A model generated the notes under the pieces. That model saw nothing but the letters and a program-made list of their open reading frames with translations, was not told the origin of the DNA and made no database searches. Below, in pieces: positions 24,601 to 39,100 of a DNA stretch of 64,000 nucleotides (positions within the stretch are counted from its first letter, which is position 1; the number at the start of each line of letters is the position of its first letter). The stretch comes from Nitrospirales bacterium (GTDB lineage: Bacteria; Nitrospirota; Nitrospiria; Nitrospirales; UBA8639), in contig CBDBCZ010000015.1 in assembly GCA_965203295.1 (NCBI GenBank), positions 736,001-800,000 of the forward strand, written 5' to 3'. A program made the translations under genes and the position numbers.

Positions 24601-27600
24601 TTTGACTGAACTGGTATCTTTCCAGGTTACCAATGCCAAATTTCTCTGTTAACTTACAAATATTACTGATCAGTTGTACCTCCCTCTATGAGTGTAATCA
24701 GGTATTTTCTCTCTTTAGCCTGATGACTTGTCAAAAGTTCTACACATTCCTGTCCCCAAAGAGTATCGTCAGCACCATGAATCTGAAGCCAAGAAGCCTC
24801 CTGCAGGTGTTGCAAGTCTTTTCATGTCATGCATGCTTTTGCTTTACATATACAGTACATGTTCCATGCAGTGTGGACAGTGAACATTTCCAAGAAGAGT
24901 GCTGTGAGCTTGCTGTTTGAGTTCTGCCAAAACTACCTAAAAACCAGTCCCGAGTTTCTCATTGAGGAAACTAGTGCGTTAAGATGCGTGCATGTTCTAC
25001 TGCTACGTATATACTGCTTGCCAGAAGTATCTGGCATATGTAAGCTTATTGCTACACTTATGTATGTCAATGAATGTCAGTCACCTCAAGAGCCTTCTTC
25101 TGCTGTTGGTACTAGTACATGCACAACTGAGGGAAACCACTTTGATCTGTCCTGGTCATCTCGCCATGACAAAGGTCTATGTTCAATAACATATCTCAGT
25201 TGTCACTATGCACGTACATACTTCATATAATACTTCATGCAGTACACTGCATTTGCATGTACAGAAAAAGAACATTAAATTTCTTCCCTTCTGTGCGTAA
25301 AGTGAAGTACATGTAGCTATCGGCACTGCACTAGTTATAGCTGCAGTACCAAAAATTGGGTCCATACAGATTTAGACAGTTTCTTTTTACTAGGAGTTTT
25401 GTAAAGAAGCCAGCGATAGTTTGTGAAGCTATGTAAATGGCAATTCGTTACGTCTATTGTCCTTGCAAGCCTCATATTCAAGCTATAGTCTCTCCCTCCA
25501 TAATAGTAACTGATTCAGCTTGTTTCTGTATTGAATTGAGTGTAATTCCTACCGTTCAGCGTATGAGCTAGCTAGTGATTACTATTATTGCAGACAACAG
25601 GACAACTCCATACTTATGTACAATTGCAATTGGAAACATGAAGTATGGCCACAAAATGTCTACAACCAAGAAAAAAGCCAAGCAAAGTGCAGGTATGCAG
25701 TCATGTATATGAGAAGACGGTACTGTCCACTTATTATTATCTCCTTTATATCTGCAGCTGAAGAGACACTGGATTTGTTTCTACCAGGAGCGTTTGAAAA
25801 AGAGCAGCAATCAACTTTAGAGGAAGAGTTTCAGGCATGTACATGTACTTTCAGTGTTACAGCGCAGAACATAATTATATATGTATGCCTCAAAGTTGAA
25901 AGATCTTGAAGTTAAAACCTAACTGCAAAATTAAGTTCTCTTATCACACAATTAAAAAATCCTCACTATGTTACACTAGGGTATATCATGTACATATAGA
26001 CAATGGAGTTGTTACAGTAGTGATTTTTTTTTGTCTCCAAACATGGTTTCAGTATGCCTGGCTAAAGTGTTTTGCACATGGTAATATTGCTAGTAGCTTT
26101 TTTATACATGTACGTACGTGTATGATCATAAATGCATGTTTTCTTCATGTATCTCCATTAGTATTTGTCATCAGTTGAAATTGATGATCCTCAAGCTGCC
26201 CAGTTGCTACAACAAGTAGGCATGCCAAGTCCATGGCGTGTGTTGAAGGAGTGCCATCAGAGGTACACATACATACATGTACGTTGAAGTGTATTTGAAT
26301 ATTATTTATGTAGGTACGTACATACATCTACTAACATGGATGTGATTATAGGACAATGCTATAATGTTAGTTAGAAGAAAGACCACTGATAAGCTTTGCA
26401 GTAGCTTTTTATTATTTTCTTACACTCATTCACGGCCCCCCTTTAAAGGGGCCTTGGAAGGACACTATTATTTGTTTACCAGTAATGTTGGAACAGGCAA
26501 ATGATGACAGGAAATTGACAAGTGTGAATCTCCAATTATAACATTCATCATCTAATATTTACCTACCTTTGCTATCACTCTAACAGTTACAATATTGTGG
26601 TTACCAAGTGAATATATACATATGCCTTGGGTAACCATTTAGTCTACATGGCTGTTTCTATCAGGTTATGTACTGTGGAGTACGTCCTCTCCCATTTCAA
26701 GGATCTATGACATATGCAAGGGGCGGGGTCACTTTTATAGACTCTGTAGTCACAACTGCTACCGCCGTCAGTCAATGGTCAACAGTCAAAGCTGCTTCAA
26801 AAGGGTGTGGTCAATGGTCAAAGCATGCTTAGAAATACAGTCAACGATGATAACGGTAGGTCGCAGTGCAGAATGGATGAGCTCATACACAAGAACTACA
26901 ATCTACACTTGTCACTCAGAGCCTTTCGGTCGACTCGGATCGAGCAGCAGGCTTTACAGGAAGTCCCTTGTGCAATCGACAGTCAAAATTGTAGAGCAGT
27001 CAAAGTTCAGCAGCCAAAAGACAGGTGGTCAACGGTCAAACCGCTGAGAAGAGCTCGTCAAAACTTTAACCCGCAGTCGCAGTTGTCTATTGAAGTGACC
27101 CCCCTTGATATCTGCATTGTCATGCAATGAAAAGTCTTTAGATACAATTACTAAACTGTTGTATGTATGCAGCATTTCAGTGCATCTGTTAGTTCATCAT
27201 CTATAATGAGCTGTACAAATTATCTGATCAACGTTGCATCAGAAACCACTTACAAACCAACAGCTATCTATTATGTATGTACATATATATATATATAGGA
27301 ATCAGGATGCTCTTGCTTATTCTGGGGAGCTACAGTTCACTCTCAGCCCCAAGGATGGTAACTGTGGTGGTAAGTACTCTTTTGAGTACTGTCTGTCACT
27401 AGGACGTCACACTGTTAAGGGACTTTGTGTGGGAAAGAAGGATGGGCAGCAAATGGCAGCACAAGCCCTGCTTAAGGTATGTTTCTAATTTGGTTTATGG
27501 TAGCATGTATACTTTTACCCAGGCTGCCACTTCGCTCTGTAACAAAGAATGTACAAATGCTTACCTTATGACTTTTACTCTAGTTATGCATAACAGTATT

Positions 27601-28962
27601 GTCCTGTAGAGCTACCGTGCAATATTCTACTGTACTGCACGGTGCGTGACGCACGAGTCAGCTTCTTTTTTAATCTAGTACTGCATGTCGTATGTCTAAA
27701 GTGTGGGCTGTCACAAATTGGGTAGTTGATGTTGAAGTTGTAATTTAAATCTGTTTCCTTACAATATGGCATACTACACATGCAGGGAGTATTTTCACTC
27801 GTCCTTCAAACTCATAAAAATATACGCTAGCACTCGTGCAATATTCTTCCATATTGCACAGAAAAGCATGTAATAAGATATATGGATTGATTGTGTAGCA
27901 CATTAATAACCTGCAAGGTTCTTCTTTTATAGGAACTTCACCCATTTATCTTGAACTGGGGAGCACTTCTGCGCATTTATGATGACAGGCACTCAGCAAA
28001 TGTATGAATAAATTATTTGTGTAGCTGCGGTTATACAATTGCTGTATCATTGATAAGGCTAAGTTCTAACCTCATCCCCAAGCCTCCCACCCACATTTTC
28101 AGATCTGGGCATTAAATATATGGGTAGAATATAAATCTGGTGACAGGCCTATGGTGAGGTTAGTACAGTATTAATACCATATAGCACCAAATTTCCGAGG
28201 CACATAATTTTTGCGGTTTGGTCATACTGAACATTTTGTGGAAATAAATTTTGTGGACTAAGGGTGCTTCTTTGCCCCACCCATTTATTGTTCGCCACAC
28301 CTCTAGACTGGACTTTGTGTTTAGCACATACCCATCTATGGATATACGAAGATGCTCTGCTGCACGCTTCCCTATCTCCGTTTTCTGTTCCGGAGTAAAT
28401 TTAGCATATGTACCTCTTGTTGGCGTTTGCTGTAGTTGAAGGACGCACCTCACCTTTCTGTTGGCAGACATGATTGAGGTCGATGGTACCGCTTTTGTCA
28501 GTTTGAAAGCGCTCCCCGAGGAACAGGCAGCTTTAGATCGGTAGTTTTGAAATAGTGGTACAGAGCCATCTTGATTTCGCTTTGAAGAAAGAAGAAGTGT
28601 AACGTATACAACGATTAAGAAACATTACACGGTACTCTGTGATACTTTTTTCTGTAGTTGGAGTCACAAGATCTGAGAGATAAGTCATCCTGTAGTGGAA
28701 CAGATGCTGATCACTCTATTCTGAAACAGCTCAAGGATGAGATGCAAAAGCTAGCCAAGGTTAGTACCCTGTAATTGGACAAATGATACTCATTTGCTTC
28801 CGTAGTGCCATTGATCACACACCCACAGATGCTTATAAGACCTCTTGTCAGTGGCCATTAGCAGTATAATCTTGTACCTTGATCACTTACCTGTATCTAC
28901 TATTTGTCCTGCAGGACCAGTCACTGTGTGTTGCTGATACCTGTGGACTGTTGCAGATGTGA
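21695..28962 (+). CDS. DGCR8: Microprocessor subunit Pasha/DGCR8, 14 coding exons, ~492 aa
   Basis: Exons 21695-21896, 21971-22116, 22475-22601, 23015-23096, 24532-24589, 24719-24806, 24872-24973, 25594-25692, 25758-25834, 26162-26262, 27299-27476, 27933-28001, 28658-28759 and 28915-28962 sum to 1479 nt in frame. Encodes WW/Rhed LPVDWVAINHCSGGIVYFHKPTRVCTWCRPY...KHRVPVQAIPCL, dsRBD1 (KSAVSLLFEF...KKKAKQSAA), dsRBD2 (SPWRVLKEC...KKDGQQMAAQALL), LHPFILNWGALLRIY and the C-terminal ILKQLKDEMQKL. An upstream exon is likely (acceptor at 21661). Confidence 0.95.
23722..24432. mobile_element. ~710-bp non-autonomous DNA transposon in Pasha intron 4
   Basis: Perfect 19-bp TIRs cagaggaggttggacaagc / gcttgtccaacctcctctg, flanked on both sides by tagtagtag. 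Confidence 0.85.
26717..27107. mobile_element. ~390-bp MITE in Pasha intron 10
   Basis: Imperfect TIRs caagggg(cg)gggtcacttttatagac / gtctattgaagtgaccccccttg, with internal gtcaa repeats. Confidence 0.7.
28174..28572 (-). mobile_element. Internally deleted pogo/Tc1-mariner-like transposon fragment
   Basis: TIR-like taccatatagcaccaaatttccgagg plus an N-terminal relic MALYHYFK...MSANRKV...[22 protein letters not shown]. Related copy at 34732-35224 (EQKTEIGK). Confidence 0.65.
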
Positions 28963-30194
28963 AATTAGCTTTGCCATTGATTACAGCGCTGTGTATATAG
29001 TTCTTCAATGTGTTTCTATATCCCGTCACTTGTTTAAAAGAGTTTGCCACGTACAATCCTAGCTGTCATTCCCACCCATTTAAGTTCCAATTGACTTATC
29101 TGAGAAGAATGAGTTCTAGACTGGGTTGTACTTAGAACTTCAAGTAATGTCATCATATCTCTTGTCCTATGACCTTTAGGTGTATGTTGATGGGAATGGG
29201 AGTTTGCAAAATGTAATTCATGAGTTACATAGCGTCAACATATACCTATTGATGAAAATGAGAGTTTTCATTACATTACATTGTGCAAACTCTCATTCCC
29301 ATCCATATACCACCGACGTATTGCTAAAGCTCTGGTGCATTTGATGGTGATGTCAAAGGACAGGGTGTCCCTCCCTCCCCCCTAAATTGTTCTCTGGATG
29401 TGTGGTGTTAGTGGCATTGTATCCTTTCTCTCAGTCCCTGCTGGCTTCAATTGAGACCTCCACTGAAAAGTAATAGGTACCTAGCTAGTCACCTACATAT
29501 TGGCAGTAACAATGTTTACGAACTGGATCTAAAATAAGAACTTGATAGTTATTTCTGAGCTTCTGATTGTTTAATTTCGGGTGTTCTGTAGCCCTGCTGC
29601 CACAATATCTGTGCATAATGGTTTATCCACTGATTTTTGTTGCTTGGGTCCATCCTGATCCTTTGATCGACTTCTAAAAGACTTTTTTGATAGTTCGATT
29701 CCATTTTGATTTCCTTTGCAAACATTTCTACAAGGGACACATAAGCGACTACTCACATTTTTACATAATTATTTATGTCTATTGTTGTTTTCATGCCACA
29801 TATGGGCGCTACTTCATACGGCCAACTACCACATGGCTATTTACATGTACCACAAGGGAAATTCAGTCAATATGCAAAATAAAATGCATGTGCGAATTTG
29901 GACAAAAGAGCATTGCATAGCTATCGACCTACTGATTTCCCCCAATGTGTATAGCTACATGTATATATAGCCCACATAGCAGGATGTACATGTTCATTAC
30001 AGCTTGCAGTTATAGTATATTTACACAAGTCATGTTGCAGAAAACAATGAAGCCCTGTTGGTATGCAAAAATATATAATATAATTTATAGTAATGTTTAC
30101 TTTATTGTATGCAATACAAATAAGGCAAAATTCACAGGGTATGTCATTACCACCACAACTGTTGTTACTAGTGTTCAGGAAACAAAGTTCATTT

Positions 30195-33100
30195 TCATTT
30201 TTCCTTCTTGATGGTCCTCAGTAGGATGTATGTCAGTGACAGAAAGAACAATATCATTCCAACCAGTGCAACCTGGTCATACCACAGCCATGATATGCTT
30301 GTTTCGTATCCTTTGGTCTCCAGGAAATGGGTACCATTCAAGCAGTTGGAATCACCAATGCTATCAAAGTCATAAAGCATACACATAATATGGGGGAGTG
30401 GGCCTCAAACAGCTCAGCAGTTACCATTGTATAGCCTCATCTATCTCACATTGAGTATAACGAAGTCAGCGGGAAGTCTTTTAGGTAAATGTGGTTGATA
30501 CGTTTATTACAAGTCACATGATTTGTAACAGTATTGAGTATTGTGTGTCACATGATAAAAGCCATGATAGGACTACAAGTCACGTGGTAAACAGCAGTAT
30601 ATAGCACCACTCGAGAGTAATGTGCAGATAAGCAGATGGCTTGGATTGCTATAGCTGACGATGCATAATAAAATAATTACCTCAGGACAAAAATATACCA
30701 CAAACAACACCCTTTGGCATTGTTACTAATGCTATGCACTTGCAAAAAGCACTCTGATCTCACCACACACATATAACAAAACCTAGGGAAGCAGTAAAGC
30801 AATATTTTGACAATCAATACTCCCTCTTACCCGCAACTTATATTGCCAGGCAGACTTCCACACAGGAACCGTGTTGTATTTGAAGTCTTATAGCAGTAGA
30901 GTCTTGCCATTTCATTGATGGCCAAAGCCTACATTGATAGAAAGGTATTCCAGTAGTTAGTATTAGTGGGAGCAACAACAGTTGACTGAATAGTGGAATG
31001 TTTTGGAGATACTAACCTCAATGCCATAGTGAAAGAGGCTAGCATACTTTAACCACCTCAACCACACTGGAAGTACGTGAATCGAGTGCAATCAGGAATC
31101 CACCAAATAACTATATACCAAGAAAAAAAGAAGAAATATTGTACACTACAAAATACGTACAAGTCACAAGAGATAGTCTTGGGGACACGATACAGTGATA
31201 GTTGGGGTGGAGTCAGGGTCTTCCCCAAAGGGGAGGTAGATCAACGGTTCGTGCCTAGATCTAGACTTACAACATCGATGTCTGACAGGATGCAAAGCAT
31301 GCTGAGCAAAAGTACATGTACCATTCACCATTCCTGCAGGGATTTCTAGAAACTCATATTGCTGCCACTACTAAACTCCACTCCTTCATTTGACATTAGT
31401 TTAGGGCATTCCCAGAAAGATCCTCCTCATAGTTTGTTTACACAAAAGTAGTTAACTAGAGGATACAGGCTAGTTGCAACTCGTCTAGTTGATCACTGTA
31501 TCATGGCATAACTGTTGCTATGTCCACTGCACATACAGCATGCAATAAGCGATTAGTACTTAATGTGCTTCCACCTACAGTTTCTTGTGTTCTGTTTTTC
31601 ATGGAATAATAAGGAAAGTATTTACAATAATTGTATACATGTATAGAGAAGAAAGCTTAGTTAATCAACTAAGGGTTTGATAGCATTGTTGGTTCACTTC
31701 TGTTTGATACTGAATCAATATTTGGACTACCCAGCTCCAACCTCAATACTGTGCAACAGCAAGACAAAATTACATGTATACACTGATTAGGTCGTGCTCT
31801 CCAGGTTTAACTCCAAGCTGAATGAACACTAACAAATAGGACAAACATTACTTACCATAGATAAAACAAAGACAAGGGCTATTAGAAGGTTTGCTGCAGC
31901 AGTGACCGTCAGTCTAGCACTGATTGAAAATGCAATGGAGGCTGCTGAGATGGAAGTAAGACCCAGTGACAACATGAAAATGAAGAATTTTGAGACATCC
32001 AGTTGGAAACCTGTACAATGGAAATGTAGCACACTCAGTATATACATGATGTACATGTACATATTACATCTGTACACGCCTATGCAGAAACTGCTGAATC
32101 AACAGCTTTACTCTTACTCTTCGTGCAAGGTTGAGTACTGTACTTCACCTGCACCACCTGACTGATTTTTGGAGTGATTAAATGCCACCGATATTTCAGC
32201 ATGGCATGTTTTGCACGTGACTACTGTTCAAAAATGGCAACTATTTTGAGGGCCGTATTTATTGTTAGAGTACTGGGTAGTTTGCTTGCAATAGAGCTTT
32301 CTTGGCAAGCCCCCAGGTTCTGAGTATAATAGCCTTCTACGGAGGGGTGTTCAGAGATGAGCCCCAAAGTAACTGAGCAATCCTATATAGCTGGAATTTG
32401 CACTCTTGTACAGCATGGGCAGGACTTGATGTTGCCACTGTTCTGCCCTCTACTTCCTTCATTCGTGTTTGTCCACTTTGTGAGCAAAATGTTTTCGGTA
32501 AAGTGGTCATGCCAAAGCATTGAGATTAGTTACCATTGATGACGGTCTTGGGGTTGATCCTCCCTAATCATTACAAGGATTAGCTTTCAAGGAGTCTTTA
32601 CTCTTTCTCTGAGATCAATGACTTTGGCCAACTGGAAGTAGAATATATATGTCTTTGGAGAGACAGCTGTCAAAGCATTGAGACACAATGACCAACTCCG
32701 ATGAAATGGTTATTGACTCAGTGCTAGTGGAGTTACCATATTTTAGGAGTTTGTATAAATTTTTGAAGGCATTTGGGGTGTATCAGCTACATGTACGTAT
32801 ATGAGCTACGCGTACTTGTTCCTGTCTCTGTGCAGGGTATGAATTAATCAAGATCTGAACTATCTTTTGCACTCACCAACCATAAAGTAGACTATCACTG
32901 AGAATGCACACACGGGTATGATTCGCATCGGAATCAAGTCCGAAAAGACTTTGGCCAAAAAAAATGCAGAGACCCGGTAGAATCCATTGGCGTTCTCATG
33001 CCTATACATATGTATGCATATGAGGGGGATATACTACGTATCAGTTAAACCACATACAGCTCCAAGGGCTGTATGGGAAGTGCAATAATTTAATTAGAGC

Positions 33101-36100
33101 ACGAGGTAAAACCTGAGGGCTCTAAGCACGAGTGGATTTCCCATACAGCCTGCCTGGAGCAGTGGTTTAACCATGGAACGGCCAGTCAAGCTAAATGAAT
33201 TCTAGCACGTTTTTGATGCTTGTCTTCACCCATAATCTTTTAACCGCTGTTGGTAGTTCCAACAGTGCAATATGGAAGCAGTTACGTAGAAGCAGTGCAA
33301 TATATTGCACTGTCGGTTCGTTGGATACGCCCACGCAACATGCTACAAGTAGCAAATATACCATATCATGGCACTAGGAGCCTAGTACATGTACAGTCTG
33401 CTGAATGAGGCAAATGTACTGGAAATAACATTTTCCTGCTTCAACCGCCAAACCAAATTTGTTTCATACTCTTGCTCTCTGGACTAGGTTTTCCCATCTT
33501 GAGGGGGCACTAGAATTACAGTTTCTCATGCTTACTGTACATACACATTCAAGGGTGCAGAATTACACTCACAAAAACAGTGCTTTCTGCCGTATGAAGA
33601 GGTCAATAGCAGACATATTTGCAAACACTTGGTTCATGACAATGAAGAAGAATGCTCCAATCCTGCAAAAAGTGAGTATAACAGATATCTCACCAACTAA
33701 AGATTACTAAGCAAGCTAGTACACAGTCTCAAAGTGGCTCGGCTTGGTAAAAAATTCTGAAATTATAACAATATGTGGGACTAAATGACTCGTAGCTACG
33801 TAGTGATTACTGCCCTTCATTAAGCAATACACAACACTTAGTAATACATGCAGAAAGAATCTTGGATACTGACGGCTTACAGCAAACTTGTACTTGCAAC
33901 ATTTCAATCACACTTTGGTAATTTTTTTAAGGTATAAAATTTAGGACTGGCATCTTAACTATTTATGCTATAAGCTGTCACTGCCTAACCTTTGTTCTGC
34001 ATGCTCGTCTATTAACATGGCAACATGAGGACATGCACAAACACAAAAACCTGTCATAGAATGCATTTTCCACATTCAGAGCTGTCAGTTCTCGAGAATT
34101 AATGCGCAGGTAGATGATACCCACCAGAATGGCAAATATGATCATCACCAGGATCTGTGCAGGTTGACATAGGACAGCAGTTCAAGTTGGAGATGTGTAT
34201 ATATACATAGCCTCGTACCCTACCCTGAATAAAAGCACAAAGAGCTCCCTTCCCATTACCTGGAAGATGGAGGCTATGGGGTCCCTCCACAAGTTTACCA
34301 CTGACCGCACACTAACAATTAACAGCTGCATAAAAGAAACAGTAAGTTTTGTAGTGATAGTAATAATATACTCATGTTGCTGCCGTAGCACTTACGAAAG
34401 AAAATTATTGCTTGGTACACAACACTACGTATATACACCCAGTAATATTAGGAAGATACCTACTCTAAATACAGCAGTGGCGTACATATTGAACATTACA
34501 GGCTGAGAATAAACAAGTTATCAAATCAAAACACGATGATAGTATGTATATGCACATATATCTGCTTGTTTCACCAAATTGATGGCTTCAAATGCGGTTT
34601 TAGTCTGCATCTCACTACATTCACAAACAGACTTGATGGAATGAGGAATGGAGTTCATTGAGCCATGCTTTAATGTAGTGTCATGGTCAGAAGTGAGAAG
34701 TTAACATTGCTAATGCACGTGATAGTCTGGACTACTGTATAGTGCCAAATTTTCGAGGCACATATTTTTCGTGGAACCGTCTCGAAAAGGGAGGTTTGTG
34801 AAAAATTTCCCTCAGAAACGTTTTGCACATCGGATTTTCCCCACAGTTTTGTATCAGTTGCTTAGAAGTAGTATAGAGAGCTATATATCTTGAAAAGTAC
34901 AGGCTTCAGTCTTGATTTAATTCTTAATTGGGGTCCATTCTAAAAAGCACTACTGTTGGCTTTCATCGTGTTTAACAGGAAGGTGAAACACGTGGCACAT
35001 GCTTTAGCTGCAGCAAACCGGCAAAAAGAGATTTGTATACAAAAGATCATGCTAGAACAGAAAACTGAGATAGGGAAACAAACAGTTGTAGCTGCAACCA
35101 TGCATGCTATATCCACTACTATAAGAATGGGCACTACAATAAAAGAATCCGTGGCCTGCCAAATTTTTTTACATGACCAATCCGCAAAAGAATTGTCCCC
35201 TTGAAAATATGGAGCTATACACTAATATCACCTCCAGGGGGGCTAATTAGTGATTATGTAAACACTTCTAAGTAAGGCTTATCGACGCAAAAAAGCAATA
35301 TGAGACCACAATACCCAGCTAACTAATAGCTGGTTAAAGCAATCAGCTATGTATTGACATGGCAGCATGTACTCCTGCTGAGACTGCATATAGCTATTAT
35401 AAGCTATATGGCCACAAAGAGTTCCACAAGGCGTGTGAAAATAGTTTGTAACACATACGTAGCCGTAAATTTTATGAATGTGGGCAATAGTATGAGGCTA
35501 ATACATTTTAAGATCTGTACAATGCAGACAGGCTAGATCAACCATTGATAATTACTACCTCCATAACGTAATCGAAGAGAAGTCTTGAAACAAAACGATG
35601 TGGACATACATATTGGCACATGTACCTGCCAGAAGAAATTGGTAGCATAACTGGCTGTCTTTGGATTGGCAGTGAAGCCTCCGGCCATCTCCCTTTCTGT
35701 AAGGTCGTCCATCACAGGTTGCAGTTTTTCATGCAAATGCTTGTAATGCTCGGACTGCTTGTAGCAAGTGACTACATTCACAGTGTGATCGAAATCCTCG
35801 TTGTCTAGGTAAAGAAGGAAAGCGATACTAATTTAGCATTACAGGGCAAGTATGAATGAACCCCACACTAGTGAGTTGAATTCGAGGTGTTTTTTCCCAT
35901 TTATTGTGCCGCATTAATGTTTATTATTCTGTTTAAGCATATTATTCCATTGTTGTACACTCTTGAAACACACGTGTTACACATTGCACATTGACAGATA
36001 CTCAGTTTCAGAAGTAGTGTAGGGCAGAGCGAGAGAGAAGCGGTTTCAAACACAGCGAGAACGAGAGAGAGCCTACTGGGACAGTGGCTTAGCCTCGAAC

Positions 36101-39100
36101 TCAGGCTTTCCTACCACTCACAAAAAAAAGTTATAACCCTGCTTTAACTTTTTCTTTTTTTCAAAAGTGTTGGGAAGGCCTGGGTTTGAGGCTACCTCTA
36201 AGTATACGTAGTTTGAATCTTCCCCCAGAGGCTATAAACATCGCCTCATTTACATTCTTCCAACTATATCAAACAAGAGAGCTGCTCAGGGGTAGCGAAA
36301 GTGCATACTGCTTGTGCCAGGACACTTTTGACGAATTTCAAGCAATCAAGAATTTGATCCATAGCTGTATATCAACAAAGTGCATGTACAACTCTTTGGA
36401 CTGAAGGTCAGTACCAGGAGAATGAGTGAGAGTGAGTGAGTATGTGTGTGTAAGTAATCAATTGGGATTTGAGGAGTCTGCTGTCACACAGCTTTCTGCT
36501 TTGAACTCTCAGGAGATTGTGCATTTACCAGTTACACATTTGCCTTTTGTAGTGGACCACTACAACCAGCCTGTACTAAACCAGTATCTGCAAACCTGGG
36601 ATTTCAGCAGCAGACCAGTTTTCGCAGAGTGTAAGGACATCCAGGAAAAAGTCTGCAGGGTTCTCATGCTGTTCACAGTGGAAACCTGTGAGATTATAGT
36701 AAAACACACAGTGCTGTTTATCTACGTCTTGTTAGTTCAATGTATAATTAGCTGGGAATGTTCGTATGTAACTGCAATCCTAAGGCGAAAGAGTAAGAAT
36801 GAGCAGAGGACAGGTAATTAGCAGAGAAACACACTTAGTATAGTAGGAAATAGGTAGTACTACTAAAGCATACAGAGTCATAGCAAAGCTGTGGTAGGCA
36901 CAATCATGCCTATAATTGCACTCTAACATCTTTCCATGTGAGTACATTCCTCACAGGTCCTGCACGTTGTGACAATAATAAAAGTGGCATGTAATTCGTG
37001 CAAGAGCTTACTTTACGTATACGATGATCAAAAAACTATGTAGAATGTGTATGAGTTTCTAACAGCACAGCCTATCTTTCAAGTCTCCACTAGTACGTAG
37101 ATTCTCAGTGAATCATTGAGTACAATGTGCAGAACATTTACGTACCATCCCGAAAATTTCATCCTGAACACTAATCATTTTTTAAGATGTCGTTTATGCA
37201 CGTTTATGCACAACCATGCAGGACCTGTGAGGAATGTACTCCCTGGGGAAATTGTTAGAGTGTAATTATAGGCATGATTGTGCATACCACACCTTTGAAG
37301 AAGCTACGTATATAGGCAGCTATTGACCATTCCTGTAAGACAACTCTGTATCAATCAGTGCAGCACACTGCTGTAGTTACCATAAATGAATCAATTGGAC
37401 AACAGGAATGGTATTATGGTTGTATGTGTGGGTGTTAGCCCCAGCTAATAGCTGTACTATGCATTCATTGATTTAGTCTTAAACTGTGAAACACTTGATA
37501 ATATGCCAATTAATTAATTAACACATCATGCACTGTCTTTAATTACCAATCCTGTCAAAGTGTCTCAGAGCATCTTGGGCAGGGCCATGGTAGGCCACTT
37601 CACCCAGTGATAAGAGAGTGAGGCTGTCAAAGAGCTTGAAGATGGAATACCGGGGTTGGTGGATAGACAAGATGATGATACAATTTTCTGATGTGCTCAG
37701 TCTATAGGACATTAGAAATTAAGGCATGTGTGAAGATGTGCCTTCAAATGAAAGAATAATTATACAGCACAGCAGCTATAATTTTAACCTACAAACTTTA
37801 GTTTAGAACTATCTCCATGCATTCTTTCATAGCCACCAAAAAAATTAGCAATGCAGGCCTGGGTATTGGGCTAGCAAACATGTTCTCTATTGTAATTCCA
37901 AGTAAGTTATGCACATTTTGTCAGCCAGTAATTTTTTCCTGAAACAAATAATCACTAGACTTAGTACTGTAGATCGTATGTAGTTATCTATCATGTCTGC
38001 CAATGCAATATTTTGAAAAGTGGACAGAATTATGCAGGAATAGGGTGCTACTCACTCCTTGAGTAGCTTGACAACAGAAACAGCAGTGTTGGCATCCAGG
38101 CCACTGGTAGGCTCATCCAGAAATAGTATCTGAGGCTCAATGATCAGCTCCATGCCAATGCTGGTGCGCCTCCTCTCACCACCGGAAACACCACGAATAA
38201 ACTCTGTGCCCAACTGAGGATGAAATAGTAGTTACATTTTATGCTACTTCCATTCTATTGGTAGGAAAATACAGAAATTTCATGTGGCTTAACTGCATTT
38301 GAAGAAGATATAGGCAGTGAGTCAATTAAGACAGAATTTGCACAGTATAATCTTCCAAGCATAGACTTACCTCGCAGAAAGTTCTAAGTTTTGTTTATAA
38401 TTGTGTGAGACATTCGTTAAACTGCTAGTTGTGGCATCGTGTGGGGTATTTCAAAGGCACTGCCAGTGCTATGACAAGTTATATACTGTATAGTGGGAAA
38501 ATTTAGCGAGCATTAATTTATCAAAATGGCAAAAAACGACTGCAAATTGATATTGGTTAATTTTAAATTTGGCAATTTGGTACACAAAAGTTAAGATGTA
38601 ATCCTTGTGCTTAAATTCGGCAATGTGCACTGGCATAATATTATGACACCTAGTAATTCCAATTTGGCACATAGTCGTTCATCGTCTTTCCTCTGCTCTG
38701 CCCTATCTTGTCCATCACCGATTGTATCGCATGTGTTAAAGATTCCAGCCAGCTTGCATACACCATTACTGGCTACAACGTACTTCTTGGGTGTAAGCAT
38801 CTGAAGACTGTTGACCCTCAATACGTCATTTGTGCTGATGTCGTCAGGCAGATTCGTTTGAAGGCTGGCAGCAGAGATTCCGAACTTAATGACTTAGTCA
38901 CTATTATTTCAACTTATTAACTCTAATACATAATAGTTAGACGGCGAGTGCAAGGGATCTATGGGATTTAGAAGCCACGAGTGACCCGAGGCTGTAGCGT
39001 CCGAGTGAAGCGAGGACGCTACTAAGGGCCCCGAGGGCTTCTAAATCCCATAGATCCCGCGCATTCGCCATCTAAGTTATTTACAATACAGCTTCAGGCG

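Noticed and set aside
26775..27130. ORFs of 90 and 107 aa in a Pasha intron
   Set aside because: They fall within a TIR-bounded MITE with short internal repeats and show no protein motif.
29549..29740. 63-aa minus-strand ORF (MFAKEIKMESNYQK...) with an acceptor-like site
   Set aside because: No recognisable homology or partner exons; it lies in the probable 3' region of ABCG paralog A.
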